Assembly: GCA_951406725.2 (NCBI GenBank)
Contig: OX597823.1
Coordinates: 53,010,001-53,074,000 of the forward strand
DNA length: 64,000 nt
Source: Octopus vulgaris
Lineage: Eukaryota
Reading direction: 5' to 3'
Of this stretch, positions 13,838-27,864 are shown piece by piece. How positions within the stretch are numbered: position 1 is the stretch's first letter; each line of letters opens with the position of its first letter. A model generated the notes under the pieces. It did no database searches. It worked only from the letters and a program-made list of their open reading frames with translations, and had not been told where the DNA came from. The translations under genes and the position numbers were made by a program.

Positions 13838-15100
13838 ATATGTATGTATATGTATGTATGTATGTATGTATGTATGCATGTATGTATGTATGTATGTATG
13901 TATGTATGTATGTATGCATGCATGCATGCATGTATGTATGTATGTATGTATGTATGCATGCATGCATGTATGGATGTATGTATGCATGCATGCATGTATG
14001 TATGTATGTATGTATGCATGCATGCATGCATGTAAGTGTGTATGTATGTATGTACGTATGTATGTAGGTATGTATGTATGTATGCATGCATGCATGCATG
14101 TATGTATGTATGTATGTATGTATGTATGTATGTATGTATGTATGTATGTATGTATGTATGTATGTATGTATGTATGTATGTATGTATGTATGTATGTATG
14201 TATGTATGCATGCATGTATGTATGGATATATGTATGTACGTATGTACGTATGTACGTATGTATATATGTATGTATGTATGTTTGCATGCATGTATGTAAG
14301 CATGTATGTACGTATGTATGTACGTATGTACGTATGTACGTATGTATGTATGTATGTATGTATGTATGTATATATGTATGTATGTATGCATGCATGCATG
14401 TATGTATGTATGTATGTATGCATGTACGTATGTACGTATGTACGTATGTATGTATGTATTATGTATGTATGTATGCATGCATGCATGTATTTATGTATGT
14501 ATGTATGTATGTATGTATGTATGTACGTATGTATGTATGTATATATGTATGTATGTATGCATGTATGTATTCTATGTATGTATGTATGTATGTATGCATG
14601 AATGCATGCATGCATGTATGTATGTATGCATGTATGTATGTATGTATGCATGTATGTATGTATGTACATATGTATGTACGTATGTACGTATGTATGTATG
14701 TATGTATGTTTGCATGTATGTATGTATGTATGTACGTATGTATGTACGTATGTACGTATGTATGTATGTATGCATGCATGTACGTATGTACGTATGTATG
14801 TTTGTAAGTACGTATGTATGTATGTATGTATGTATGTACGTATGTATGTATGTATGTATGTATGTATGTATGTATGTATGTATGTACGTATGTATGTATG
14901 TGTGTATGTACATATGTATGTATGTATATATGTATATATGTATGTATGTATGTATGTGTATGCATGTATGTATGTAATCTATGTATGTATGTATGTAATG
15001 TATGTATGTATGTATGTATGTATGTATGTATGTATGCATGTATATATGCATGTATGTATGCATGTATGTATGTATCTATGTATCTATGTATCTATGTATG
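13838..15100. repeat. ~1.26 kb (TATG)n array with CATG/TACG variants
   Basis: Directly visible; source of the MYVC/HTYI pseudo-ORFs. Confidence 0.95.
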
Positions 15101-15103
15101 TTT

Positions 15104-15475
15104 CCGCCGCGGAAACATAGAAGACAACGGCAAAGACCGTGCGAAGGCTCAATGTATTTCAGCTGCAATGCCTCCGGCGGATACTGCGAATATCATGCCA
15201 GGACCACATCACCAACGACCTGAGACATCGCCGAACTGATACCCTAACACTCCATGACAGCATTGCCGCTTGCAGTTCGCAGGCTATTCTGTAGAAGCCA
15301 CCGCATAGCAAGAGAAAGCAAGGGCGACCAAAAGCGACTTAGCGCCGTACCCTCATTGATGACCTCAAAGCCATTGAAATTTCATGAGATGAAGCTGAAA
15401 TCGTCGCGGCCGACCACGTTGGAGAAGTCTTACCGCCCAACGCGCCACGCAGTGCAGGAGGACCTAAGACTAAGA
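15104..15475 (+). mobile_element. RTE-clade LINE 3' end (5'-truncated, degenerate)
   Basis: Translates AAET*KTTAKTVRRLNVFQLQCLRRILRISCQDHITND..KRKQGRPKAT*RRTLIDDLKAIEIS*DEAEIVAAD, the typical RTE ORF C-terminus; ends in a short ctaagactaag tail. Confidence 0.85.
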
Positions 15476-15551
15476 TGTATGTATGTATGTATGTATGTAT
15501 GTATGTATGTATGTATGTATGTATGTATGTATGTATGTATGTATGTATGTG

Positions 15552-15622
<71 letters not shown>

Positions 15623-15867
15623 GATAAAATGAGAATGAGGAAAGCTTCTAGCAGTCCTTATATTTCGAGTGCAAAGACCTATCTGCAGACATATAAAATC
15701 AAAGAATTCAGAAATTAAGTGTAGGTAAATCAGCAAATTCCAACAAACAAAATTTTTAACATTCAAAAAAATATACATACATTTTACATCTTTGATTATC
15801 GTCCGTCTCGGATATTTCAAGCATTTCTCAGTTACAGCCATATATTTCGAAAGAAAGATTTGATAGC

Positions 15868-15995
<128 letters not shown>

Positions 15996-16070
15996 TATGT
16001 ATATATATATGTATATATATATACACATACATGCACATACATACATGCACACACATATATGTATACACAT

Positions 16071-16109
<39 letters not shown>

Positions 16110-16935
16110 CATACATACGTGTGTGTGTGTATGTGTATGTGTGTGTGTGCGTATGTGCTGTAAAGTAGTTCGTGGCCGGGATGTTAACTTTCACTTGAAG
16201 GTTATACATCACCAGTGAAGAAACATTCGCTTCTAGAGTGCAAACAGGAAAACTAAAAGAAACGCTGGGTTATTTAGCTGATAATTTATATTATTCGAAT
16301 AAAAGAACAATATTTGATTTCACCAAAACTCTTGAGGAGTTGGGAAATATTAATGGTTGTTGTTGCAGGCATATTTGCAGTAGATCTGGCTTTAGAAAAT
16401 TTGTACTGGTGGTGGTGGAGAAACTAGAGGAAGAGCAATTTAAGATGATGAAGAATGCTTTCTCTAAGGCTTTTTGCATTATGTTTGAAGTGTTGAAATT
16501 TAGAAAGAAAGGATGGTAGCTTGCAGGGCTAGAGTGGCTGTTGCTTTTCTCAACAACGGGACATATCGTCACATGTTTTCACAAATTGAGATGGGGATAT
16601 AAATGAAAGTATGTGGCGACAAATGAATGTTTGTCTTTATGCACGTGTAGGTTCAATATGGCAATTAAAATATACTATTTTTTTTTACTTCATGCTAAGC
16701 TAATAACTAAACTAATTTCTGTCATGGCAGATAAAGTCGTTTACAACTTAATTTTCCCGAATAAGAAAATGTATATGAACACACGACATTTATACTCGTT
16801 CACATAAATGTGTAAATATATGCGAATGTGAATGCATGAGTGTATAAAGGACGCGCGCATGTTTGTGTGTATGTGTGTGTAAAGGCACTGGCTTTAAAAT
16901 GGATGACGAAAAGCTAAATACTAACAAAGAAACAG

Positions 16936-17037
16936 GTCCGGGAAATGCCAAACACCGAGCGAGCTTAACTGATGAGGCAACGGAAACTGCTAAAACTGTC
17001 TTCAGACTTAATAATTCTCGGTCGGCATTTTTCGGAC
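16936..17037. repeat. ~100 bp imperfect hairpin/inverted repeat
   Basis: gtccgggaaatgccaaacaccgag pairs with ctcggtcggcatttttcggac; inner ctgatgaggca/tgtcttcag continues the stem. Confidence 0.6.
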
Positions 17038-17215
17038 ACTAGCGTATATGTTTTCATTCATGAGCGTTAACTACAGCATTAGAGCATTTTAGCATTTATT
17101 TCTATCAATGTAGGAGTTTTTTTAACATCCTAGTCATATTATATATATATCATTGATCGGAACGATACAGTTGGAGGGCCTGACAAATAATAAAAGGAAA
17201 GGAAAAGGTAAAAGC

Positions 17216-17248
<33 letters not shown>

Positions 17249-17330
17249 AAATCTGAGAGGAAATGATGCTTCACAATTAATACGTACATAGCATATAGCA
17301 ATACTCACGCGCGTGTGTGTGTGCATGCAT

Positions 17331-17365
<35 letters not shown>

Positions 17366-17773
17366 GTCTCTATTATTTGGTTTTGGCGTTACTTGGAAGT
17401 TCACCAAGTTATTGCATGCAGTCCCTGATAGTCATTTTCATAATGAAACAATGAACCTGCAATCGATCAAAATATGCGAGTGAGCTTTGTAAAGCGTGTC
17501 TATTTTAGTCATTGGAATATTCTTTGGTTTGTCGTGAAGATCTCTTACTGAGATATTATGTAACCGTTTGATAAAATTCTGGAGTATAAATTAATATCAA
17601 TCCCGGAGATTGCTTATAACATGTGCTTCACTTTAAATTGTACTGTGTTCTCAATCGTTGTTCAATAAGGATCAACAGTCGCACACACGTAGACTTTCTC
17701 TCTGTCACTTTCTCTATCGCTCTCTCTGTCTCTCTTTCACACACACGCATATCATTTTAACCAAAGACATATT

Positions 17774-18005
17774 TATTTATTTATTTCCCACAAGGGGCTA
17801 AACATAGAGGGGACAAACAAGGACGAACAAAAGGTTTAAGTCGATTAGATTGACCCCAGTGCGTAAATGGTACTTATTTAATCGAGCCCGAAAGGACGAA
17901 GGGCAAAGTCGACCACGGTGGAATTTGAACTCAGAGCGTAACGGCAGATGAAATACCGCTAAGCATTTCGCCCGGCGTGCTAACGATTCTGCCAGTTCGC
18001 CATCC
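17774..18005 (-). mobile_element. Full-length SINE family A with 19 bp TSD
   Basis: Perfect duplication ttttaaccaaagacatatt at 17755-17773 and 18006-18024; (TAAA)n tail on the minus strand. Confidence 0.92.
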
Positions 18006-18538
18006 TTTTAACCAAAGACATATTGGCTTTACATATTTTATGCGCATAAATAATAGATGCTGACCTATACGAATACCTGTCTAGACATCCATAATATTAA
18101 TGAACGAATATGTACTTTAAGACAGTGAGTAAGTCATTTTAGTACCACTAAATTGAACTTCTCTCCTTTGTGGAACTCGGAAGTAACTTCCCTAATATAT
18201 ACATATATATATGTATGTATATAGCTAGATAGATATAGATATTGATAAATACGTGCACAGGTGTGTATGTGTGTAACTGTTTGTGTGTGTGTGCCTGTGT
18301 GTATGTGTATGTTTGCATTGAGCTGGTATATATATATATATATAGTAGAGATTTATAGAAAAACAAAAGACGGAGACAGGTATATTAGTTTGACGCTCAG
18401 GAAAGTGAAAAAGACTTTTACGTTTCCAGCCTACGCTCTCCAGCAGAATGGGGTAAGAGAAAATAAACAGAGAGAATAAAACAACTTGTAGATTTATATA
18501 TATATATATATATACACACGTACAATGTACATGCCTAC

Positions 18539-18617
<79 letters not shown>

Positions 18618-18624
18618 CATGCAT

Positions 18625-19483
18625 ATATGGGCACAGGACGTCAAAAAACGTGAGCAAAATGGGAAACGAGATCATAAAAACGAAAGCATGGAAGACGAAC
18701 TCTTTCGAACAACGAAAGAAATAGATAGAGAAACGAGACAGGCAACATAAAGAACATTCCCTTCATTAGTTGTCCCCTGTTTTATCTACTCCGCGTTTCG
18801 AAGGTAGAGACAAGACGTGACTTCGTTAAAACAGTCCTTCACGCAAAGCAAATTAAATAAAATTTAGGAGTTTTTGCGGAGAGTTAAAGTGATAACAAGA
18901 CAATTAGAACAAAACAGTAAAAACAAACGGTGTGGGCTATTAAGCCATAACGAGGTGAAGTGGTGAATGCTAGAAAAACGAGCTTTGAGAAGAGACAGGC
19001 AAAAGCACCTCTTGTTTTTAGGAAGGAAGTGAACGAAAGATAGATAGCCGTTGGTCACGTGTGAGTAACGAGAGAGTCAAGGAGGAAGAGTGAGAGAGAG
19101 AAAGAGAGAGAGGGGGTACGGTGAAGGAGAAAGAGGAGAAGAATTAGAGAAAGGGTAGAAGAGAAAAACAGAATGGAAGAAGAACAAGAGAGAGAGATAG
19201 AGTAGAGTGCGCGTCGGAATTATTAAGATAAAACTTATTTGGAAATGGATGCGTGGTGTTCGATGATATAATATATATATATGCATATATACATACATAC
19301 ATGTACATGCCTACATATATATATGCATATATGGTTACAGGACGTCAAAAATACGTGTACAAAATGAGAAACGAGAACATTAGAAACAAAAGTATGGAAA
19401 ACGTAGTTTTTTCGAACAACGAATGAAACAAATCGAGAAACGAGATAGGCAACATAAAGAACATTCCCTTCATCAGTTGTCAC
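18625..19483 (-). mobile_element. Probable Penelope-like 3' region with partial tandem terminal repeat
   Basis: 18625-18780 and 19325-19483 are diverged direct repeats (acaggacgtcaaaaa.acgtg..acataaagaacattcccttcat.agttgtc) containing CT(G/A)ATGAAGGG on the minus strand; purine-rich segment between them. Confidence 0.55.
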
Positions 19484-19499
19484 ATACAAGGCAAGGAGT

Positions 19500-19700
19500 T
19501 GGAAGAGTTGTTAGTACGGCAGAAAGAATATTTAGCGGTATTTTGTCAATCTTCATGTTCTGAGTTCAAAATCCATCGAGGTTGTCTTTGCTTTACATTC
19601 TTTCGAGGTCGATAAAATAAGTGCAGTTGAATACTGGGATCGAGGTAATCGATTCGCCTCCTCCCCCCGATATTGCTGGCATTGCGACAAAGTTTGAAAC
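19500..19700 (+). mobile_element. SINE family A
   Basis: gttctgagttcaaaatcc..gaggtcgataaaataagtgcagttgaatactgggatcga. Confidence 0.75.
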
Positions 19701-20043
19701 TCAAATACGTATACATATATGCATGTGTGTGTGTATGTATGTATGCATGTATGTATGTATGTATGTATGTATGTATGTATGTATTCACAGATATACAGAG
19801 CGAGAGAGAGAGAGAAATTAATACGCATTTGAATCGTCAATGAGAAATCTCTGCCACCCAAAAATGCGTGAGCGTGCGTTCGTGCGTGTGCGTATATGTG
19901 TGAGTGTGTTTACATATGCAATGTATACACAGATGCGTGCACACACAAAGTTTAATTCATGCAAGTATATCTCTTTGTGTTTATGTGTAGCTCTGCATGT
20001 ATACATGTGTATCTGTTTTTGTGTGCATGTGTGTTTGTATGTA

Positions 20044-20102
<59 letters not shown>

Positions 20103-20614
20103 TTGTGCGTATTGTGCTGGCATTAATTAATACCAAATAATTTACTGAATGTTAAAACAATAGTCAACCACTTTAAAATATTAGTGAATGAAAGAAAAGG
20201 TTTGTGTCGCTTCTTAATGTCAAAAATACAATACACCAGAGCGTAAGACTTAAGTCTTTTTATCTTAAGACAAGACACTATAGAGTCCAGAGTATCGTTT
20301 TGAAAACCATTATTGTTTATATATACGTATGTGCATCTGTATTTTTGTATGTGTTTGAGCGTGTGTATATATATAAAGAAATGAATTATGTAATATTCAT
20401 AATACAATTTTTATGTTTGCACAAACCTATCAGTTAACAATACATACAATTCAATATTTGTTTGGTTCCTTATTTCTGTCCATTGTTCTCATCTTTAGGT
20501 AAATCATTGTTTTAAGCTATGCCAGAAATACCTGTCTTTTGACCCTTTTGTGTATTGTGTATTGGTACTGTACACATATAAACGAGTGTTTGACTATACA
20601 TACTTGAATATATG

Positions 20615-20780
<166 letters not shown>

Positions 20781-20842
20781 TATATACACATACATACATA
20801 CATACATACATACATACATACATACATACATACATACATACT

Positions 20843-20988
20843 ATATGGTTAGGAGTTTGCTTTCCCATCGTGGTTCCAAGTTTAGCCCCATTGCGTAACA
20901 CCTTAGCAAATGTCTTCTGCTATAGACTTGGGACCGACCAAAGCTTTGTGCGTGGATTTGGTAGACGGAAACTGAAAGAAGCCCGACC
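20843..20988 (+). mobile_element. SINE family C head
   Basis: gtttgctttccc..caccttagcaaatgtcttctgctatag..ggatttggtagacggaaactgaaagaagccc. Confidence 0.75.
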
Positions 20989-21169
20989 AATATATATATA
21001 TATATATATATAAATTTAAAAATTAAAATTCAGAATTATTTCCGATATTTTTGCGCGCCAAAACGAACACTTTTGAAATATAACCCCATGTAATTGATAG
21101 AACTATATACATGCTCAATCTCATGCGGACGTCTCGTGTATAGTTCTTCAAATTATATTTTGCTATGAC

Positions 21170-21242
21170 GATCACACTGACGAGTTGCGGACATCTACGT
21201 AAGTGATTACGTAAGTGGTAACAACGAAACTGGTTTGTGATT
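21170..21242 (+). ncRNA. Minimal type I hammerhead ribozyme motif, intact core
   Basis: gatcaca CTGACGA gttg (34 nt) caac GAAAC TG GTT tgtgatt. 7 bp stem I, 4 bp stem II with G10.1-C11.1, stem III ACTGGT self-complementary with G-U pairs, GUU triplet. Confidence 0.7.
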
Positions 21243-21387
21243 AATCTGTATATTTTGTATCTTTTCATTTATCTTGCTCGCTTACGTTCTGGCGTTTGCT
21301 AAATTTTCTTGAGAACATTTCTTTCTTAGTGGTAAGACCATAGGAGGTCGACTTCTAGCATATTGGATGTCCACTTAGTAGTCATCC

Positions 21388-21462
<75 letters not shown>

Positions 21463-21514
21463 GTATGTATGTACGTATGTACGTATGTGTCTATATTTAT
21501 ATATATATATATAT

Positions 21515-21605
21515 AGTAGAAGACATATGCCCAATGTGTCATGCAGTGGAACTGAATCCGGACCGTGTGGTTGAAAAGCAAACTTTTTAACACACACCTG
21601 CGCCC
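21515..21605 (-). mobile_element. SINE family C head fragment
   Basis: agtagaagacatatgcccaatgtgtcatgcagtggaactgaatccggacc. Confidence 0.65.
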
Positions 21606-22107
21606 GCGTCCATTGAACTTTATCTGACAACCAGCATTTTCAAGAGCATCTGAATATGAAAGGAAATTATGCTCCAGTCTCATCAATCCGGCATATCGAT
21701 TTACTTCTGTCTTCATTCTTCCAAAATCGCTCACAACTTTTTATCATCAGTCCTTTGTATCTCATCTACGTGTCACCTTCTCACTTCTCCCTACTTCTTC
21801 ATGCCTTTTCTATTCGTAGAAAATTCCCTATATTCATTTCAAAGCTTTGAAAACTTTTTGTTGGAAATTAAACAGTTGTCAGGTCTGAAACATTCATTTA
21901 AATAAATATTTTAATCTCGCTTACCATGCATCATTTTAGTTACTGTGGCTTACTTGATTGTTGCAAGCTATGCTGATATTTGTGTCGAAAATATGCTGAT
22001 ATTTGATTGGTAACTGACGAGACGTTTGAGCATGTCCGCGCGTCCGTTATGTGTGTTTTCGTGTTATTCTAAACTTCCCACCTAGTTAACCTACAATAAA
22101 GTATAAA

Positions 22108-22152
<45 letters not shown>

Positions 22153-22154
22153 GT

Positions 22155-22185
<31 letters not shown>

Positions 22186-22274
22186 GTGGAGGAGAGGGAG
22201 TGTGCCTGTATATATATATATAATATATATATATATATATACAGGCACGCTCCCTCTCCTCCACTTCCTCTATT

Positions 22275-22450
22275 TCTATTTCAGTTATTACACTGCGGTC
22301 ATGCTGAAGCATTGCTTTCACGAATTTTTAACCCAAGTACTTATATTTGTTTGTTTAAGCTTTGTACTTAATATAATGGCCTTACTTGAACCGCTGAGTT
22401 ACGAGAATGTAAACGCACCAACACCGGTTGTCAAGCCATGGTGAGAAACA
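22275..22450 (-). mobile_element. SINE family C 3' half
   Basis: Matches the reverse complement of 61395-61567; probably one element with the head at 22902-23035, split by the family A insertion. Confidence 0.65.
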
Positions 22451-22494
22451 AACACACATATGCACACATATATACCTACATGCTTATATGTATT

Positions 22495-22531
<37 letters not shown>

Positions 22532-22534
22532 TTC

Positions 22535-22830
22535 ATTGCCCACAGGGAGCTACATAGAGGGGACAAACAAAAGGATTAAGTCAATTACATCGACCCATTA
22601 CGTAACTGGTACTTATTTAATCGACCCTGAAAGGATGAAAAGCAAAGTCGACCTCGGCGGAATTTGAACTCAGAACGTAACGGCAAACGAAATACCTATT
22701 TCTTTACTACCCACAAGGGGCTAAACATAGAGAGGACCTCGGCGGAATTTGAACTCAGAACGTAACAGCAGACGAAATACCGCTAAGCATTTCGCCCGGC
22801 GTGCTAACGTTTCTGCCAGCTCGCCGCCCT
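22535..22830 (-). mobile_element. SINE family A with internal partial duplication (dimer-like)
   Basis: gacctcggcggaatttgaactcagaacgtaac.gca.acgaaatacc occurs twice; the tail motif ccacaaggggctaaacatagag is also repeated. Confidence 0.85.
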
Positions 22831-22859
22831 AATATATATAGATATACATATAAATATAG

Positions 22860-22901
<42 letters not shown>

Positions 22902-23035
22902 ACCCGATGCGCCTCTCTTCAGTTTTCGTCCACCAAATCCACTCACAAGGCATTGGTTGGCCCGAGGCTATAATAGAAGACACTTGCGAAGACGTGCAGT
23001 GGGATTCGACTGAGAACTATGTGGTTGGTAAACAA
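22902..23035 (-). mobile_element. SINE family C head
   Basis: cttcagttttcgtccaccaaatccactcacaaggcattggttggcccgaggctataatagaagacacttgc. Confidence 0.75.
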
Positions 23036-24309
23036 TTATCAACTTCATCTAATTCGAGTTCCACCGTAAAAAGCGATATATCACACACACACACACACAC
23101 ACACATGAGACAACGAAATTTATGTTTCATAACTAGTACATGATGAGTTCTTGATCTATTTAAAGCATCATCTGTTTGTGAGAAGGCAAATATACACCCT
23201 GCGGCGTGAGTAGTCTGGAGCACTCAACACTTCGCTGAAATAAAGATGCCGTTGCCTCACAACGTCATGAGACAGCAGTTGCCTTGCGTTACCTTCAGCC
23301 CGATATAAGACTGAGACATACAGATAGAATGGCGAATATTTATAGCTTAGAGTAATTTGCATGATTAAAGTGAAAAATTCACGGTGACCAGTGACATAGA
23401 TTTGGACAAGCATAAAGAAAAGTATGTTAAAAACCTTAAAAGATTAACTCTCGATTCATTGAAATTCATTTTGCTTCGAGAGAAAGTAAACGAACACACG
23501 GCGACAATTACGTCCTACTCCGATAAAAAAGAAGTTACACTCAAGCAATCAACAGTTCTCCTGAATTAGCATACTATTAAGGAAAAGGATAACTTTTATT
23601 TTATCTATTTATTTATCTATTTTCTGAAGACAAGAGGTCAGCTATGAACAGGTGACTCTGCATTAGACGTATTGTTTTTCTTACTTATTCATACCTGCCT
23701 TTTCATAAATAACAGCTTGGTAAATTCTCTCAAAGCATTTTTATTATTCCTTTCGATAATTCTATCCTAATTACTTCTGTCACACGAGGACAGTAACACT
23801 TAATGGTCGTTCCCTCAACTACTTTCTCTCTCATTCTCTTTGATTCTTCCTGGCTTCCTTCATTTGTTTCTGTCTTTCTTACTTTCTGCTCTACTTCTCT
23901 TTATTGTTGTTTAGCCTCAGATGAACCCTGACTCCACAGACCTGCGATCAAAGACGTTCCAATCATTACTATCGTGCCTATTTTCACCTCGTCCTCATTT
24001 TTTCGAAGACAATTCAGCCTTGAGCGAGATTTGACTGCTATATCTAGCAAGCCATGCGCGATGAACCATCGTTGGTTTGAAGTTCTTTCTGTAATCTGTC
24101 TACTCTCTTATCCTAGTTTTTTTTCTTTTCCCCTTTTTCTCTGTCTTTGTGTATTTTCCATCGACCTGTCACCTAATTGATTCTGGTATCTATCTCTCAT
24201 CTCTCAATCACTTGACTCACCAACGTTTCCGACCCACATCTCAGCCTATTTTCATTCACTTCCTTCTTTGCCATGTAAAAACAATCATTCGTCCACCCCA
24301 ACCCTGATA

Positions 24310-24376
<67 letters not shown>

Positions 24377-24436
24377 ATCACTTAACTGTAATTATGCCTA
24401 TTCCAAAAATCCCAGCCTCGCATCTGAGTCATTTCA

Positions 24437-25065
<629 letters not shown>

Positions 25066-26286
25066 CTCAACCACCCTGGTAAATCATATTTCTCAAACAG
25101 AGCTACATCTGTACCCCGCCTCTCTCTTTCACACATACATACTACTCTCTCTCTCTTTCTGTGCATCACTCTCCCTCTCACTCTTTTCCTCCCTCTCTCT
25201 CTCTCTCTCTCTTTTCCTATGAGCTTAAGTGTTTCCTCTACAAATCCTTACTCTTTCGTTCTCTTTCTCTGAACCCAAACTTTATATCTCCTCAGTAGTT
25301 TCCCGTCTCAATAACTCTTTAAATCTTTCTCTCCTGCTCCCTCTCATTCTCTGTTCATTGACCACTTCCGTCCCCGACCCCTCAGATTTTTCTTTACTCG
25401 TACATTACTACCTTTTATTTTTATTTTTATTTTATTTTCTTTCATCCGTCTACCGTATAAAAACGCAACAACAAAACACGTTGCCTATGGTCATGAAATA
25501 AGAATTAAATATTCCCAAACAGATAGAGACCTCTTTAGAAAAGCGAAGTATGTCCGAACCAAAATACATTTCTTTCTTTATATGTCAAATCATCAACGAA
25601 ATGAAATGACCAGAATTTCTAATGAGATGTTTCAATGATAAAAAGAAGACAGTCTAGCTTCCATGTTAAATACATAAGCCTCATACATTCGAATAGAAAA
25701 ATAGAGTAGAAAATATAATGCATACATATGTACTCGCCCATTCACTCACAGACACATACACGTACACATGCATGCACACACACACGTGTATAAGCACCTG
25801 TCTTCTGATATATCGATCTAACGGTCAGAAATTCAAATTCCGATGCTATTATCTACAGCTGTCACATTGAATCTACTTACTTTACAGATGCAGCAACAGA
25901 CGCTAATATCACTTCATCCTGAAGATGGTAGTATGAAAATCTAGAAGCCTTGATCAAGGACACACACACGTACACACACACACATAAAGCGCATTGAGGT
26001 ATATAACAAATTATCTGCTCAATTCCTCGCATTCATTTGTTTTTATTACATAAATATGTTCAGATGGACACATCCAACTTAGATTTTAAAATTCCGAAGA
26101 TTTCAAAATCAATCGGCATTTCCCAAGAAAAAATACATTCAACATGTTTTGTAGAATAAATCCTACATAGCACATAAAAATTAATCAATTATTACAAGAA
26201 TGATAACAGATTAATTATATTGAAATACGATGAAACGATTGTATATCAAGTATTATAAGGACTTGCTAATTCCATTATACATACAT

Positions 26287-26355
<69 letters not shown>

Positions 26356-26415
26356 TTTGTTTTTGTTTTTCCAGTTTCAGCTCTTGAGCTGTGGCCATGC
26401 TGGGGCACCGCCATT

Positions 26416-26568
26416 GTGGTGAAAGAGTACAGCAGGCATCACCACCCCTGCCGGAGCCTCGTAGAGCTTTTAGGTGTTTTCGCTCATAAACACACACAAC
26501 GCCCGGTCTGATCGAAACCGCGATCCTGCGACCGCGAGTCCGCTGCCCTAACCACTAGGCAATTGCAT
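26416..26568 (-). mobile_element. SINE family D 5' part
   Basis: Reverse complement gcaattgcctagtggttagggcagcggactcgcggtcgcaggatcgcggtttcgatc; same family as 3465-3844. Confidence 0.85.
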
Positions 26569-27864
26569 ATAATATATATGTATGTATGTATATATACACC
26601 TGTATATATATATACATGGAACAGTTCTCAAACATGTTTACATTACATATACATCTACGCTAGTTCAATTATACTGTTTATACTAATGATTCTTATTTTA
26701 AGATTTCTTTATTAATTTATGTTTAATTTGAAACAATAATGTTTCTCTGCATCTAATTAGCCTTAGTGTCTATTAATTTTTAAAGAGGTTTTTGGTCTCA
26801 TCTTCAGAATGTAATAGATGCTAGTGGCGTTCTATATAGTGCTTGCATTTGTGTGTACGTGTGCATGCGTGTGTGTGTGTGTGAGTGAGTTAGTGAATGT
26901 GTGGGGTATCTGTGTGTGTGTTTGTAGCTTTATTATAACTAATAAATCACCATCACTGAATTTTAAATGTTTAAGTGTTTACACTAATTTCAACAATCAG
27001 TATATACTTATGACTATATGTCTGTATACAATACAGCATAAACAACGTTTATAAACATATACACACCCACAAATATTATATATATAGTATTAAACTGTGT
27101 TCATTTATAAATAATATAGATCGATTACATTGACTAATGACGAAAGTGAAAAGATATAGTAAGTACGATAATTTCTTTTCATTCATGATTGAAATACCTG
27201 ACTTTTATTTTCAACAATTTAATTGGATGTACATTGTGATGCGTTTGACTGTTAGTGATGAAGATATTTTCGAAATGTATAAAATTTGTCATGAAGTTAG
27301 CAATCATATTTATAACTTATACATGAACCAATAAGGGAGTCTCTTCCATATTACTAAGTTTGCTAGAAATAGCAGCCAACGTTCCTTTAAAGTGTGGCCT
27401 TCCGACTTAAAAAGAAGAAAGGAAAAGACGCATTCGAAGAATATAGTTTCTGATTCACAAACAAGAAGAAAAAAGCTGGAATGGTCAAAACTGGAAATCT
27501 GTTGGTTATGTATTTACTAAATCTGAACTGATATGGAGTTAAATAATAGTAGCAGTAATAAACATTGTATTTTAAAACGGTTGATTGACAGATAAAATGT
27601 CTTGTGACATTTACTTACATCCCTTCACGATGTGAGATAAAATCTTGGCAGGATTAACTCTTTCGTCCTGCTGGGATAAATAGAATAAGAACACAATTGT
27701 GGAATTAATTTCTTCGACTGTTTAATCATCCAAGATTCGTTGACTATTTCCGTTTACATCAGTGACCAAACCACCATCATGCAATGCACACTTCTCTGTT
27801 ACGAGCGGTAAATCTCTATTCAAGATTGGTATCTAAAATAGTAAAGTAAGTACCATGAACATTA

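Noticed and set aside
16160-16575. Overlapping 93 aa ORFs on both strands as a host exon
   Set aside because: No recognisable domain or convincing splice sites; at most a faint resemblance to a decayed LINE 3' end.
18690-18810. Hammerhead in the 18.6-19.5 kb repeat
   Set aside because: CUGAUGA-like and GAAA words are present on the minus strand, but I could not build consistent stems.
25915-25962. CTGAAGA..GAAG hammerhead-like words
   Set aside because: GAAA and stem III are not intact; too degenerate to call.
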